Source of the DNA: Magallana gigas
Lineage: Eukaryota
Direction of reading: 5' to 3'
Assembly (NCBI RefSeq): GCF_963853765.1
Contig: NC_088857.1
Location: forward strand, 55,862,001 to 55,926,000
Length of the DNA stretch: 64,000 bases
Below are positions 24,904 through 38,100 of this stretch, in pieces; positions within the stretch are counted from its first letter, which is position 1, and the number at the start of each line of letters is the position of its first letter. The notes beneath the pieces were generated by a model. The model did no database searches, was not told the DNA's origin, and was given only the letters and a program-made list of their open reading frames with translations. A program made the position numbers and the translations under genes.

Positions 24904-27701
24904 AATTCACGAGCGAGCCAAACAGTTTGCAGGTGGAGAAGGGCGATCAACTACAAGGGGCGAAAATAATCTTGTATATAGCAGTTGTATACAATAGTGT
25001 CGATCAACACTAATTTTATCATTTAAATATCGTCTTTATGAAGAATTACACATTCTTTTAAACAATGTATCGATGAACCTTAATTGTACACGGTTGACAG
25101 TATTGTATTTGTACTAATCTTGAGCATTTATTGTTTTCTCTTCTTTTATTATAATTTTTGAGAATTTTGGGATGAGTTTTTCAGCCTTTATTATCACATA
25201 AACTATGATTTCTCAACAGACAATGTTATATTTTGACTGTCAATAAAATGGAACAAAAATATTAAAGGAAAATAACAATGCTCTTTGTTATCCAACCAAT
25301 GATCAAATAATGAATTTTATTAACCCGATACATGTATATCATACATATTCTTGCGATCGTTTCACATTTATTCTTGCAGTATTTTACTTTTAAGGGCGTA
25401 TATGTGAAAAGGAAAAGTTATAAATAGCAAACACATACATGTACTTATGAATTCACTATAAGAGATGAGACACGATTATGCTAGACACAATGCACTAAAG
25501 TGAACAGCTGTTAGAATCCCTGTGTCATCCAGAAACAGTCCGCCATTGGGGTTTTTTAGAGTTTCAATATATTCTTATTTTAATATAATTACAATGGAAT
25601 TAGGCACAAGCTCTATATTACGTATTTAGCGCCTTTCCTACAATAAATGACAAATAGATTTTTCGCATGCCAAAAAGGGGGGTCGAATATGTAAATACAT
25701 GAAGATTTAGAATAATTTACATACAATTAATTGTTCTTTCTGATAGGTTTGAGAATTTCTAAGATTCGGTTATTGATAATATAATTGGTTTTTTTTTCTT
25801 CGAATATTTCCTACTCTGTATACTACTGTACAATGCAATTAAAACCAAGACTCAAAAACATACAAAAACTTGACATTCAAACGGGTAAACTCGAGATAGG
25901 AAAACCACTTTTGTTTATTTGTATATATAAAGATGTGGAATTCCGTAGAAAAAAAATCCCTGGTAAATTTTAAGGCGTCTTGGGTTTTCTTCAATTTTTT
26001 TGCTCAACGATAATGGTTACTTGGTGATCGAAAAACTTCACTTCCCTTATTACCGAAGTGAAAGGAAATGAACTGAATCGAATAGCCTGGGATTAAATCT
26101 CCAAGGTCGAAACTATTTTTTTGTTCGTGCAGTGGTCATGCAGAGAGCTTTGGGTCGTGACGGAGAGCAGAGATCAGAACATAGATTTAGTGGGAAAATT
26201 AAGCTTTTTGAAATTAAAAAATTATATTTGGAATTAAAAACAAGAACATGGTTGAGTTATCTGACCTGGCGTGAGGTCCGGACAAGGACGTCATTCACTT
26301 TTTATGTCGGTCATAGCTTAAAATTATCACGACCTTCGAGTCCATGCTTAACGATTTATTGATATTAAGTATTTTAGATGACTGGATATGTTGAATGTCC
26401 ATAATAGCCCGGAGGATCAGTTCAACATTCTCTAATTAACTTAGTTAATTTCAAAAATCTTTCCGGACTTTGGTTGCAATGGCAATGAGAGTTTCTGAAT
26501 TTGATTGACAGCAATGTCAGTGTTTTCAGTGTATTTGGAAATATAAACCTTTCACTGTGGAAGACGAGTTGAAAAAGGACAAAATAACGAAGATATGTAA
26601 AATCATAGATCTTGTATTGCCACATTGGCGGTGTTAAAAAATGCTACAGGTAGTCCAATGTCGCATGCGCACTTACATGTAAGTGATGGCCAAAACTAAA
26701 CTTCAGAGGCGTCCATTAACAACATGTTGAAAAACAGAGCATGACTTCTGTTAAAAATCCGACTTTTTTTAGTTGAAGTTCCGTATATGCACTTGAAACG
26801 ATGAGAACAAAGAAATATCATGCAATCCAAAATTCACACGTACTTTGATAACCCGCTATCCAGTTATTTACAATTAACTGAGCTTGATGCATTTTTAAGA
26901 ATATATTTTAATTATTCCAATGAAATAAAGGGAAAAAAAATATTTAAAATATTTAAAATATTAAAAAAAAATATTCCAAGTGCCTTGCTTTTGCTTAACG
27001 TGCAATTTTAATTTCAATACTATATTTATACATTATATACTTTTTATAGTATCAGTGTCATTGAATGAAAGCAATATGAGCTGTATTTTTTTTCTTTTTA
27101 GAATTATCATTATGCAGCAAAAAGTGGTATTACATGTATGATAATAATTCATATAACTTAAAGCAATAAATATGAAATACATGTTCAGTTTTGAATAGGA
27201 CGATAATACTGAAATTTTGCTTCGATCGGGACATCGAAATAGCTTTTCCCCACAAAAATTTGACTAACAGAAGCATATAAATCATAAATCCTATTTTTGG
27301 TCACTTTAAGTAGTAAATTACAATTCTAAAATAACCAATTCCAATAAGAAATTAAAATCGCAGGTCATACGGCTGTAAATATAATTTTGCATATTCAATG
27401 AAAGCCCCGCCCCTTTATAACACCCCGTCCTCCTTGTGATTTTATTATCATGCATAATATTTACTTAAGCTCGAGTCTTACTCAACAATCAAACTCGAAG
27501 CACGACATCAGCATGTAAATATTTCCGCTTTTCGTGCGCCGAGAGGAAGAATTTTCTGTCAGACGTTCTGATATTGGCTGAACAAGGAAATCCAGGTAAA
27601 TCTCCTGAACTGGGAAGTTAAAAGTTCAATGATATCTACAATCAATGCAACGTACTTTTAAAATCAGGAAATCCAGTCGGCGAAACCTGAGCATACCGGG
27701 G

Positions 27702-28238
27702 GCCTGAACGTTAAAATGACACGGTGACGGTGCCTGAACGTTAAAATGACACGGTGACGGTGCCTGAACGTTAACATGACACGGTGATGAGGCCTGAACG
27801 TTAAAATGACACGGTGACGGGGCCTGAACGTTAAAATGACACGGTGACGGTGCCTGAACGTTAAAATGAGACGGTGACGGGGCCTGAACGTTAAAATGAC
27901 ACGGTGACGGTGCCTGAACGTTAACATGACACGGTGACGGTGCCTGAACGTTAAAATGACACGGTGACGGCGCCTGAACGTTAACATGACACGGTGACGG
28001 TGCCTGAAGGTTAAAATGACACGGTGACGGCGCCTGAACGTTAAAATGACACGGTGACGGCGCCTGAACGTTAACATAACACGGTGACGGCGCCTGAACG
28101 TTAACATGACACGGTGACGGCGCCTGAACGTTAAAATGACACGGTGACGGTGCCTGAACGTTTAAATGACACGGTGACGGTGCCTGAACGTTAACATGAC
28201 ACGGTGACGGTGCCTGAACGTTTAAATGACACGGTGAC
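27702..28238. repeat. 30-bp minisatellite, 18 copies
   Basis: Unit gcctgaacgttaa(a/c)atgacacggtgacgg(t/c/g) at an exact 30-bp period from 27702 to 28212. Confidence 0.97.
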
Positions 28239-29179
28239 ACGGAATCATTAATTTATTCTGAATTTAATTTAGTTTGTTGAATAATCTAGCTAGCCATTAA
28301 TTGAAAATAAATGATAATATTGTTAGGTTAATTTATGTTAACTTTTTGTTTCTATCAAAGAATATATATATTTTTCCAAAGTTCTTTTTACGCACTGGAT
28401 ATCAGATTTCAGATTCCTTTTACGTACGTTAAAGATCCGAGGTCAAGGACAGGGTTATTTGTTGCAATTTCTTTGATATTTGTTTTCAAAATTGCCTTCG
28501 TAAAATAGCTATTGATAAAAAAAACGTATGCATTTTTATGTGCTTTCGAACACAAAAATATAAAACTTCAAAAACACTGCACTTCCTGGGAACCTTGGCT
28601 TAGGTCCATGAGGTCTCGCACGACATATTATTTACATTGACATGGGTAGGTTTTCAAATGCATAGAAGTCGCACGATTTAGTTCCGGCGTCATTGAAACT
28701 GACTCTCAAAAAAGGTATAATTGTTCAAAAAGTTTTCAAAATTTGCGATTGCTATCTACCAGAGAGAGGTAACTCAACCCTGTCCTAATGAAAAAGCCAA
28801 ACCATAATTCCAATAAAGGATTTACAATCGTTGTCTGGGACACAAATATGATTTAAAAAGATAGTTACTCCAGCGTGGAGGCGTGCTTTAGATAATGCAG
28901 TTCCCAGATTTAAATCAACTGTGATAAATACAGAGAAAAGGTACACTGTAGAAAGTTGCGACCTTTTAGTAGGTCAAGGATAGCGTCCCTGCTACATATT
29001 TGTGTCACTAGAATATTCGAGTATAAATAAAGCACATAGGAATCCACGCACTGTGTTTGGGTAGACTTCTATGTCTGACCTTCATAGTGCTTGGTAACCG
29101 TGCGAGGTCAGTCATATACATGTACGGTCCTCGACCAAGATGTGGATGTCTGTAAAACGATTTATCTCTGATGGACGTT

Positions 29180-29245
29180 GATTACAGAGGCTGGGTGGTG
29201 ATTACAGAGGCTGGGTGGTGATTACAGAGGCTGGGTGGTCATTAC
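29180..29245. repeat. 20-bp tandem repeat, 3 copies
   Basis: gattacagaggctgggtggt x3. Confidence 0.9.
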
Positions 29246-29929
29246 AATAACCAGATCTGCCTTAAAATTATGCATGTGGTATTCAATCCATAAACTAACA
29301 TTTATTATAGAAAAACTCCAAATATTTTATCATTCTCTTATATCTTCTTACAGAACTCTTTTTCTTCAGGAAGTTATTATAATCTAAAATTGGCGACGAC
29401 CATCGAGTCCTCCTTAAATGTTTTGTCGACCAGCACTAACCAACATGTTTGTAGTCACTCTATGGTACCTGTTGGGATTATCATTTTGCTGTACGATCCT
29501 GGCGTTATCAAAACACAGCTTTTTATTGTTATTGTCAAGATAAAATGATAGAATGACCTGGCTGAATCCCCGTGTTAATATTTCCTCTTCTGGAATCGTT
29601 CCTTTAATTACAGGAAGAATTTCGTCAAAATTATTGTTTTAAACAAAAAGTGTGTTGTATGACATCCACAAAAGCATAAAGGATGATACTTGTATCACAA
29701 AAACAAGTTTTTAGAGATTATGTTAAATGGGTTTTTTCGCGGGTAGTTTTTTTAATTAATTTTTGCTATCATGCAAATTTTTGTGCTGTCTTGGCCCTTT
29801 GTTCACGATTTCATCAGAAACGTCAGAAAAGTTTGTTCAAATCAGCCATCAGAACAAAATATCATAATAATGATAAATGACCATTGGAGGGCATACTCTC
29901 AAACTGAGCTCAATTTTTTTCAAATTTTA

Positions 29930-30175
29930 TTTTCCTAATTTTGAGTTCTAAAATGCTAAATTGAAGTTTTTCTAATAGTCAACCAAAAATTTGAGCGTCG
30001 TTCGTCAAGTCATAAGCGAGAAACAGAGCACACAGTAAATTGTTATGTAAACAATTGCAAGACCCAGGCCCTGTTTTTGTTTACATATTGAATACTTATT
30101 AGAAAATAAAAGTTTTTAAACAAAGAAATTTGAAAAAAAAATCAAAAACTAAAATCGTGACCATGGGCGTTTAAA
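29930..30175. mobile_element. Kolobok-like non-autonomous element fragment (terminus)
   Basis: Ends aaaatcgtgaccatgggcgt-ttaa. The interior atgtaaacaa...ttgtttacat inverted motif resembles 30590-30793 and 52020-52250. Confidence 0.4.
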
Positions 30176-30589
30176 GATTTATTATCTTTGCTGAAGGTTG
30201 AATTTACAATACTAAATCTTAATATTATTGAAGATAAAAGTTGCAGCAACATCGAAACAATAGCTGGGATATCTAGCGGTTTCATTCATCCAATCGGCAC
30301 TTAGAGGATGGACATCGGCTCTTCATCTGCAAGTGGCCACTAAGTCTGTGGTTGACAGATACAGTTCAGATCAAAGGGCCCCAAGTACCAGCCATCCACG
30401 GCTCTACACTTAAGCGATTTGTTGGAAAACTAGAATTCACGCCATTGTTTCAATTCAAGAAATCGTACATCACACCGGAACAGTCTAATCGCTGGCCGGA
30501 TGGATAGACACTGTCTACATAGCACATCGGGTCAAATCAGTACACACTACAGGAACTGTAGCCCAGTTATAGGGACTTGGACACGATTA

Positions 30590-30793
30590 GAGTTCAAAAT
30601 TAAAAATTGTAAACAAATATAAGACTCGAGCTTTGTTTACATAACAATGATTTCTTACCTCTGCATCTCTCTTTTCACTTGACTTCTTACATTCAATGTT
30701 AGGTCAATCATTCAAAATGAGCAAGAAAAACTATTTATACATAAAATAAGAAAAAGTATATTTCTATCTAAAATCGTGTCCGAGTCTCTTTAA
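30590..30793. mobile_element. Kolobok-like non-autonomous element fragment (terminus)
   Basis: Ends aaaatcgtgtccgagtctct-ttaa, the same terminal architecture as at 30175; shares the gtaaacaaa...tttgtttacat motif. Confidence 0.4.
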
Positions 30794-32917
30794 GGTCAGT
30801 GTAAACGCTGTGGAATTATTTCAATTCGTGGTGGCCCGTATAAGTAGATTTAAAAATTTTTCATATGAGTGCATCGGAACGAAATTTTGAGGATAATCTT
30901 GTTTTAAAGCAGTTCAAGGGTTTTTTTTAGAAGTCTTATTTATGATGTATATAATTTGTTTTGAGGCAGCCTTGAAACAAATGAAAATTGAGTTAACTCA
31001 AAAGATAGCCGATATATGATCTGTGCGACAAATAACGTATTTTTCTGATAGAGATTTAAAGATTTTGTGTTAGGTTTTAGGTTTGCTGAATAATATTATA
31101 ATATATAATTACATTTTCATATATGCATGGTGTGAGAAGTTCTACGGCATCCTGACACCTACAAATGTTGATTCCCAGGCGAGCCATGGTTTCATTTATA
31201 GATTTATTGCTCTCTTAATGTGCAATCGTTCGAAGCGTCTTAGAACTAGAACTTAACCCTGATCTTATGAAACATAACACCTATCTATTCTATTACTTCT
31301 TCTGCGAAGTGTTCTGATTGGCTCTGAAGCGAGCTGATTTTTTTAAAAAAAAAATTGGGGGGGTGGAAGGTTGGAATAAAGGTTATCTATTTTATCTCTA
31401 AAGCCTTAAAAGCATGTATTACATGTAACTCCTTGATTCAAGTGCATACAAGCACCCTAAATGACAGCGATACTATTTTAGATGGCAGGAGCAGGTGCTT
31501 GCTGTGATGTAAGTGTCAACTGAGGTATACATTAAAAACGTCCGATTTTCGGTTTCAAAACAAATAATGAAATACACGAAATACAATACAGTAATTTAGC
31601 ACCAACTATGATTATGTCACTGCTCATGCACGGATGATTGTTGGTTTCTATTTCACGGTGAAGTGCAGTATATCTTCCGGGGTGAACTCATCTTAATCAG
31701 CCAGCTTCCTTCCAGCAATTCAATAATTACAATTTGCTGCATATCAGTATGGTCCAAATTAAATGCCGTTCCATCTTTGCAATCTTTGATTACATTGTTT
31801 ATAATCTTGTTTGTCGGTTTAATCGTTCGTCCGTTTGTTCATCTGTCTGACTTTCATATTTTGTTGTGATAAGTGAATCGTAGCAGATCAATTGACGTAC
31901 TTTGACGTTTTGATGATAGACCAGAAATATCCAGGTACTTTGAAAGGAAAGAAGTATGATGCAATCGTTTGGTGCGAATCCTGGTAATAATATAGCCATG
32001 TAATGAGATATTGAGTAGTAATGTTGGCCGTGGGTCGGGTGTACTAGGAAGTTAAGTTGTCTCGCCAATATTGTCATTATGAAGACAAAGACAGCCATTC
32101 AAGCCGAGCCATGCATGGCACTAACTATACGGTGTGATCACGTTAATACTCAATGCCTCTATAGCCCTACGGTAGCAATCTTACTCTATTAAATATTAAT
32201 ATGTTTTCTTGGGTTTCCCATTAATATTTTTAACGTATTCTAATTGAAAAAAATTGGTAATATTTAAAGACTTACACATGTAAACAATGTAAATATTTAC
32301 AGGTATCTTATACGAGTAGTATATGATTATCATAGATTAAAAAAAAAGTACTTCATCTTTTCTACAACTATTGTATAAAAAATGCATGCGTAAAAAGTGT
32401 TGTTTTAGCAAAAGGGCAATAAGTGGGAAACTTTCTAAGTATAAAGTGTGGCGCCCCTTGGCAAACCGATAAGTATCACTTGCTATACGTAAATAGTAAA
32501 CTAGTATTCTCTTTCACTCAAACATCAATGGAAATATGTAAATCTTACTGACCTAAATGTACCTGTCTATATAGGGCACTGACTTTGTAAAGAGTTATTA
32601 GCTGATGACGTATGAAAGTGTCATTGTACCTTAACCGGTCAAACGACACACTGATATCGGGGTACAGTAACGTAAATATACCGCAAAGCAAGGAAAAAGT
32701 TTTCCTGTTTCTTTTGTTTATTTTATATCATATTTGATTTTTATCGACCATAATGTTGTCATCTAAAAGACTTCTTTCCTTGTTGGGTTTTTTTAATTTG
32801 AATTTAAATAATTTTTTTTTATCTTAATCAGGTCAAATCAGACTGATAATGTCAGGCCATCGGAGCTGTTATCGTCCCTGTCTCATTTGTTGTATTATTT
32901 ATTGATCATGTTTATAT

Positions 32918-32918
<1 letters not shown>

Positions 32919-32972
<54 letters not shown>
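32919..32972. repeat. (AG)n microsatellite
   Basis: About 27 uninterrupted AG units. Confidence 0.98.
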
Positions 32973-32977
<5 letters not shown>

Positions 32978-33707
32978 TTGGATGGCTTGACGAATAGTTA
33001 CATCGCTCCTTATTCGACAAAGATATCCTTATTTTGCTTCCAGACATATCAACTTCAAACAATTCTGTTCAGTGATGATAAAAAAGACCCACGACTTCAC
33101 GATAAATAAAATATAGGTCAATGAAGACGTGAGTGTATCAATGTAGCTAACCGAACAGTAATCACATTTGTTGATTGGTTACTGTACAAAAAGCCCTTTC
33201 ATATTTTTAATGGTAATTTTCACCTATTCTTAACAAGATTTTTAAGATAGTATTTAAAAAACAAAACAGGGGACCGTCTATAAGTTGTTTAAAACTAGAA
33301 CGGAGTAATGCGTTTTGTATCATATGTTTGTCAACACTTCAAAGTGAAAATAATTCATATTTCAAAGGTGAAAAATTCAATTTTTAAATACTTAAGGGCA
33401 ATTTTTCTTTTTGAGATGTCATCAAGAGAACAAACAACGCCACGCAATAAAACAATTTTAAAACAAATTATGTGTTTGTGAAAATCCATGTGTAAATTCA
33501 AAAAATGTGTAAATTACTTTAAACGATAACCGATTTCAAAACCTGTACACTTATGAATTCTTTAACAGAATATCTTTTGTGTTTCGTTAATTTGTCTTAA
33601 TAGATGATGTCCCAAACGTTTAATCATGTACATTGAAATATTTCCATTCCGGATTTTTATTTTACTGAATATCATTTTTGATTGACATTAAGCACCAATC
33701 TACCAGA

Positions 33708-33790
33708 ATTTGTGTTGGCGGGTAATAACATCAATTTGTGTTGGCAGGTAATAACATCAATTTGTTTTGGCGGGTAATAACATCAATTTT
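33708..33790. repeat. 26-bp tandem repeat, 3 copies
   Basis: Unit aatttgtgttggcgggtaataacatc. Confidence 0.9.
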
Positions 33791-34054
33791 TGGGAGTTGA
33801 TTTTAATCAACTCTCCTATGCAGTTACTCAGACAAACCGAAAGTGAAACAGTGTTTGGACCTCAGCACAAATAACTGCTGCTGACAAGACTTAGTTCTTG
33901 AAAATAATTGATAAATTTGATGTAATGTATGCTAAAGCATTGTTTTTTCAAGGAAACTTATTTATAAATACCTTGAATATAGTCCGATTTTAAATGGTAC
34001 GAACCATTCAAATATTTTTTGTAGTCGTATGTATTCCTACGCCAGAGTTCAATA

Positions 34055-34143
34055 TAGTCTCGTTCAACTCGACGCTCGGCTTTCTCCGTAAATCCTTGTC
34101 GGAGGTTTACGGTGTCAGCCGAGCGTTTGGTTGAAAGAGACTA
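34055..34143. mobile_element. 89-bp foldback MITE with TAG...CTA ends and a 10-bp TSD (AcademH-like)
   Basis: tagtctcgttcaactcgacgctcggct ... agccgagcgtttggttgaaagagacta; flanks gagttcaata (34045-34054) and gagtgcaata (34144-34153) match at 9 of 10 positions. Confidence 0.75.
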
Positions 34144-35040
34144 GAGTGCAATATTGCTTGGATCCATACAATTTTCGAGAAATATTTTCATTACTGATAC
34201 ATAGTTTGATTGAATTAATTTTATCTCTAAATATGGGGGTTTCTCGACATTCTTGTCGAAAAAGTCCAAAAATTCATATTATAAAAATATGCGTAATTGA
34301 AATTAGAAACTACATGTACTTGTCATGCAAAATAACATATCATTGATTTAAAAATAAATAAACATCGACAAAATCAACTCCCGTCAGTTCTTCAGTACTT
34401 TGATTCCTATCGTACTTATGAGAGAGACATAAAATTTTAATTGCAAAATCGATGCTAAATTCTGTGAAAAAATTTATACGTGGCAAATAACTTTTATTTA
34501 TATTTGACAATCTCCGCCGAGTGACATTTTACTGGTTATCTTGCATGTAATTATCATACAATAAATCTATAAAAATATTACATGAAAATTGAAATGGTGC
34601 AACCACTAGCAATACATAAATGTCTAAGATTGTCATATTGGTCCAGTTTGATTATTTTGGATAGTTGCCGAGTGAGTGTACAACGGGAGGTAAATCCTTC
34701 ATCTGTGTAGTTTTCCAGATACATTATACATTACCGAGGATTGCTTAGGAATATTTCATAAAGCTCCAATTGCATCTTCCGTCGTGTATATTAATCTCAA
34801 AAACCCAATTACATATCTAAATGTTATGGTAGATTCCAAAAATTGGAGTGTTTGAGGATTTATTACACACATGAAAGTTTCTTACTCTTAGGCAATTAAC
34901 TTTTATTGCTCAAAAATGTCCAAAAAAATTAAAAATGCAAAACTTGTTTAATGTTGATGATCATAAGAACGGCACTTCACTATCAGAACTTCATTATCCA
35001 ACAACCGATCGCGAGCTCTTGTGCAGAAAAATCTTCAAAG

Positions 35041-35171
35041 NNNNNNNNNNNNNNNNNNNNNNNNNNNNNNNNNNNNNNNNNNNNNNNNNNNNNNNNNNNN
35101 NNNNNNNNNNNNNNNNNNNNNNNNNNNNNNNNNNNNNNNNNNNNNNNNNNNNNNNNNNNNNNNNNNNNNNN
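35041..35171. other. Assembly gap (131 N) interrupting the last exon of the membrane-protein gene
   Basis: Run of N. Confidence 1.
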
Positions 35172-38100
35172 TTCACTGATGCTGAGAGTTTTGGACACAT
35201 TGTTGTTTTTCCTGACGTTCCTCCTTAACAAGTTATTGGCGGGCGGCTTTTTGACACCGTTCCCCACTTTCTTTTTAGCATCATCGACTTCGTTACATTC
35301 CTCGGCTTTTTGGTTGTTCGGGGGAGGTGATAATTTTGATGGAGGATTGCCTCCTGCTTTGAGAATTCTTCGTGTATTTGGAAACTTATTTTGCCCACGC
35401 TTAGGAACAGTCTTTTTCGGATTAGATGAGTTGTCTTTGTTTTGATCTGCCTCTTGATTGATAGAAGGTGGCTCGGACTTCTCAGCCCAAGCTGTTGTGG
35501 GTGCTGGTTTCGCATTGTTTTTGATGTCAGGGGTGGTATTTGTGTTGTTTGGATTTCCTTTTTCATTGTCATTTTCTTCCTTCTTGTCATCATTATTTTT
35601 ATCACAGTCTGTAGAATCCTTATTATCATTTTTCTTGTATTTATCTTTATTTCTCTGTTTTTGCAACTTCCGGATAACCTTTTTCAACTGTATGGCCGAT
35701 CTGACTAAATTAGGAAAGTCTGCTAACACTACAAGTCCTACCACTACAGACAACAGCACGGGACCAAATATGATCCCCACCCCTTTAGCAGACGGACGCG
35801 GGTCGTCTGCGCAGACGAACTTTCGTTCGTATTGTGACGTCGTCTTGACGTCAACTGTCAGTGTTCTTTTGAGTTCGTCAATTTTCTCTTTGAGGGCTTC
35901 ATCCGAGATGTTGGAGAGACCACATGGACACTCGCAGACAAGAATGGGTGCCGTGGTAACCGGGACCACCGCTGTTGTCATGGTGAGCGGGGGACACGTG
36001 TCATCCTTAATTATATCTACAAGAAGCAAACACGGGAAATTAAGTTTTAAACGCCAAGTTTGCTGATGCTACACTAGCTTCCCTAAACAGGAGGTGTTTG
36101 TGTATTTTATATTTAACTTTGACTGAATTATTAGGGTATGATCATGTTTGTAAAAACTTGACTCAAATATGATTTATAGATTTACTGTATGATCATGTTT
36201 GTAAAAACTTGACTCAAATATGATTTATAGATTTCCAAATACATAGGTACAGCGAAATTAGAATGTCTTCGTGAAAAAGAAACTAATGACATTTAAATTT
36301 TTAATGTACTATAGGTAAAGCCTTGGTGATGGCGGGCGATTAAATATGAAATACCAATAGTAGGACGAGTAAGAAATGAAAAAAAAATTGATTGTCTTTC
36401 AAAATTCGTTTTAGCAATCATATTGATTTTAAGCGCTTATAATAGATCAATACTTGAAATGAATAAAAAAGTTTTTTAAAGAGAGTTCTATCTATATTTC
36501 AAAGAGTGAGATTTTATACAGGTGGTCTGTACTCAATGTTGAAATAAAAGAGAAAACCTTGAACAGATGACCCACTATACATAAGGGAAAAAAAGTTTAG
36601 CACCTGGCAGTTAATGTTCATAAAATATATTTTCTTTAAACTGTGGATAAGGCACAACTAAAACTGGGGTTAGGAACCAGTAAAACTGGGGGTAAGGAAC
36701 CACTAAAACTGGGGGTAAGGAACCACTAAAACTGGGGGGAAGGAACCACTAAAACTGTTCTTATATCTCTCCATATAAGTTTTTATGGAACGCCATAGCT
36801 GCCTTATGTGGTTATTTCATGTGAAAATGGTGCTTTATTATATGAATGTGGTGCTTTATTATATATAATATATAATGCAATTGGGAAGTAAATTTTCAAC
36901 AAAATATTCTAAATAGGAGATTGTATTTTACGGCGGCATTGTGTCATTACCATAAGTATGTGATATACATGTATGTATGCAGACACATCATATAATGGAG
37001 TAAGGCAGTGAAATTGATATTGCATTGTTATTTTTGAGTCATAACAATAAATATGAGATATTTATGAATACCTGCAAACATTTGCCAGCAGCACTGAGTA
37101 CCACCATAGGCAGATATCACCAGGTAATTCACGTCGAACACGATTCCCGTGTCGTAAGAGTACCATTTGTTTTCGTCACCAATAAATATTGAAATGGTGC
37201 CATTTTCCCACGCTGAAAATTGAATAAAAGTATTGAATGTCAGTATAACTATTTCTAAGGTAACATATTTCATTTTTAAAGAGGAAAGCTTACTCGATAC
37301 CAAAACGAAAAAAAGTAAAGAATGGTTATAATTTAAATAATACATTGAAGTAAGTTTTAATACATCTAGAACGTACTATTCTCAGTTAGGCACCTATATA
37401 TTTCTGACAACATAATGAATGATAATTCAATCGGTCTGTATAGCAAATTCAGCCGTTTGCCTATCAAATATTCCGCCCAAAATAATTATGGAACCGCTAC
37501 GACACAACTAAGTAATGTTTGTCCATTCCCCCTTGTTCCCAGCGAAACGAAAATAGTTGAAGTGCAGTGCGCGGCTAGTTGCAGCTGCAGGTCTGTAGCT
37601 CCCGGTCTGCAAAAATTCGGATGGACGACGTGGGAGCTACAGTGCCTTCCATAGTTTTTGGACTGAGTAACCTTATTTACACCCAATTCCGTGGAACTCC
37701 GTGAAAAATAATGTCATAAAATTCTAAGAGTAATTTAATAATGATATCGTCTCTTTACATGGGAACACCTACCGACCTCGGAATATGAAGTATATTAAAT
37801 TCACGTCGACATGGAGAGTCGCACTGTTTACATGCAAATTGCACTACTTTACTTTACTTTACTTTACTTTACGGGGCTGGTGATGGTGTTAAAAAGAATA
37901 TCAGAGGCAAGTTAAAAGAAGGGATATCTGAAGTAAAATGTCTTAGGAACTTTTTGAAATCAACTCTTTATACAGAATGTGTTAGAACCATCAGATTAAT
38001 CAGTCCAAAACTACAGCACATTTTTTGTGCGTCGCAAAAAGGTTTAGTCACAGTAGCTCTCAGGTCGTCCATCCAATTCTTTTTTTTCAGTCGGGGGGCT

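Noticed and set aside
27702-28238. CRISPR-like appearance of the 30-bp array (and of other short arrays at 22564, 29180, 33708 and 36659)
   Set aside because: Units are head-to-tail with no unique spacers, there are no cas genes, and the context is eukaryotic.
35225-36066. Hydrophobic or alternative-frame ORFs (35458-36066 +, 34951-35445 +, 35225-35629 -)
   Set aside because: They are shadows of the A-rich, charged last exon of the membrane-protein gene on the opposite strand or in another frame.
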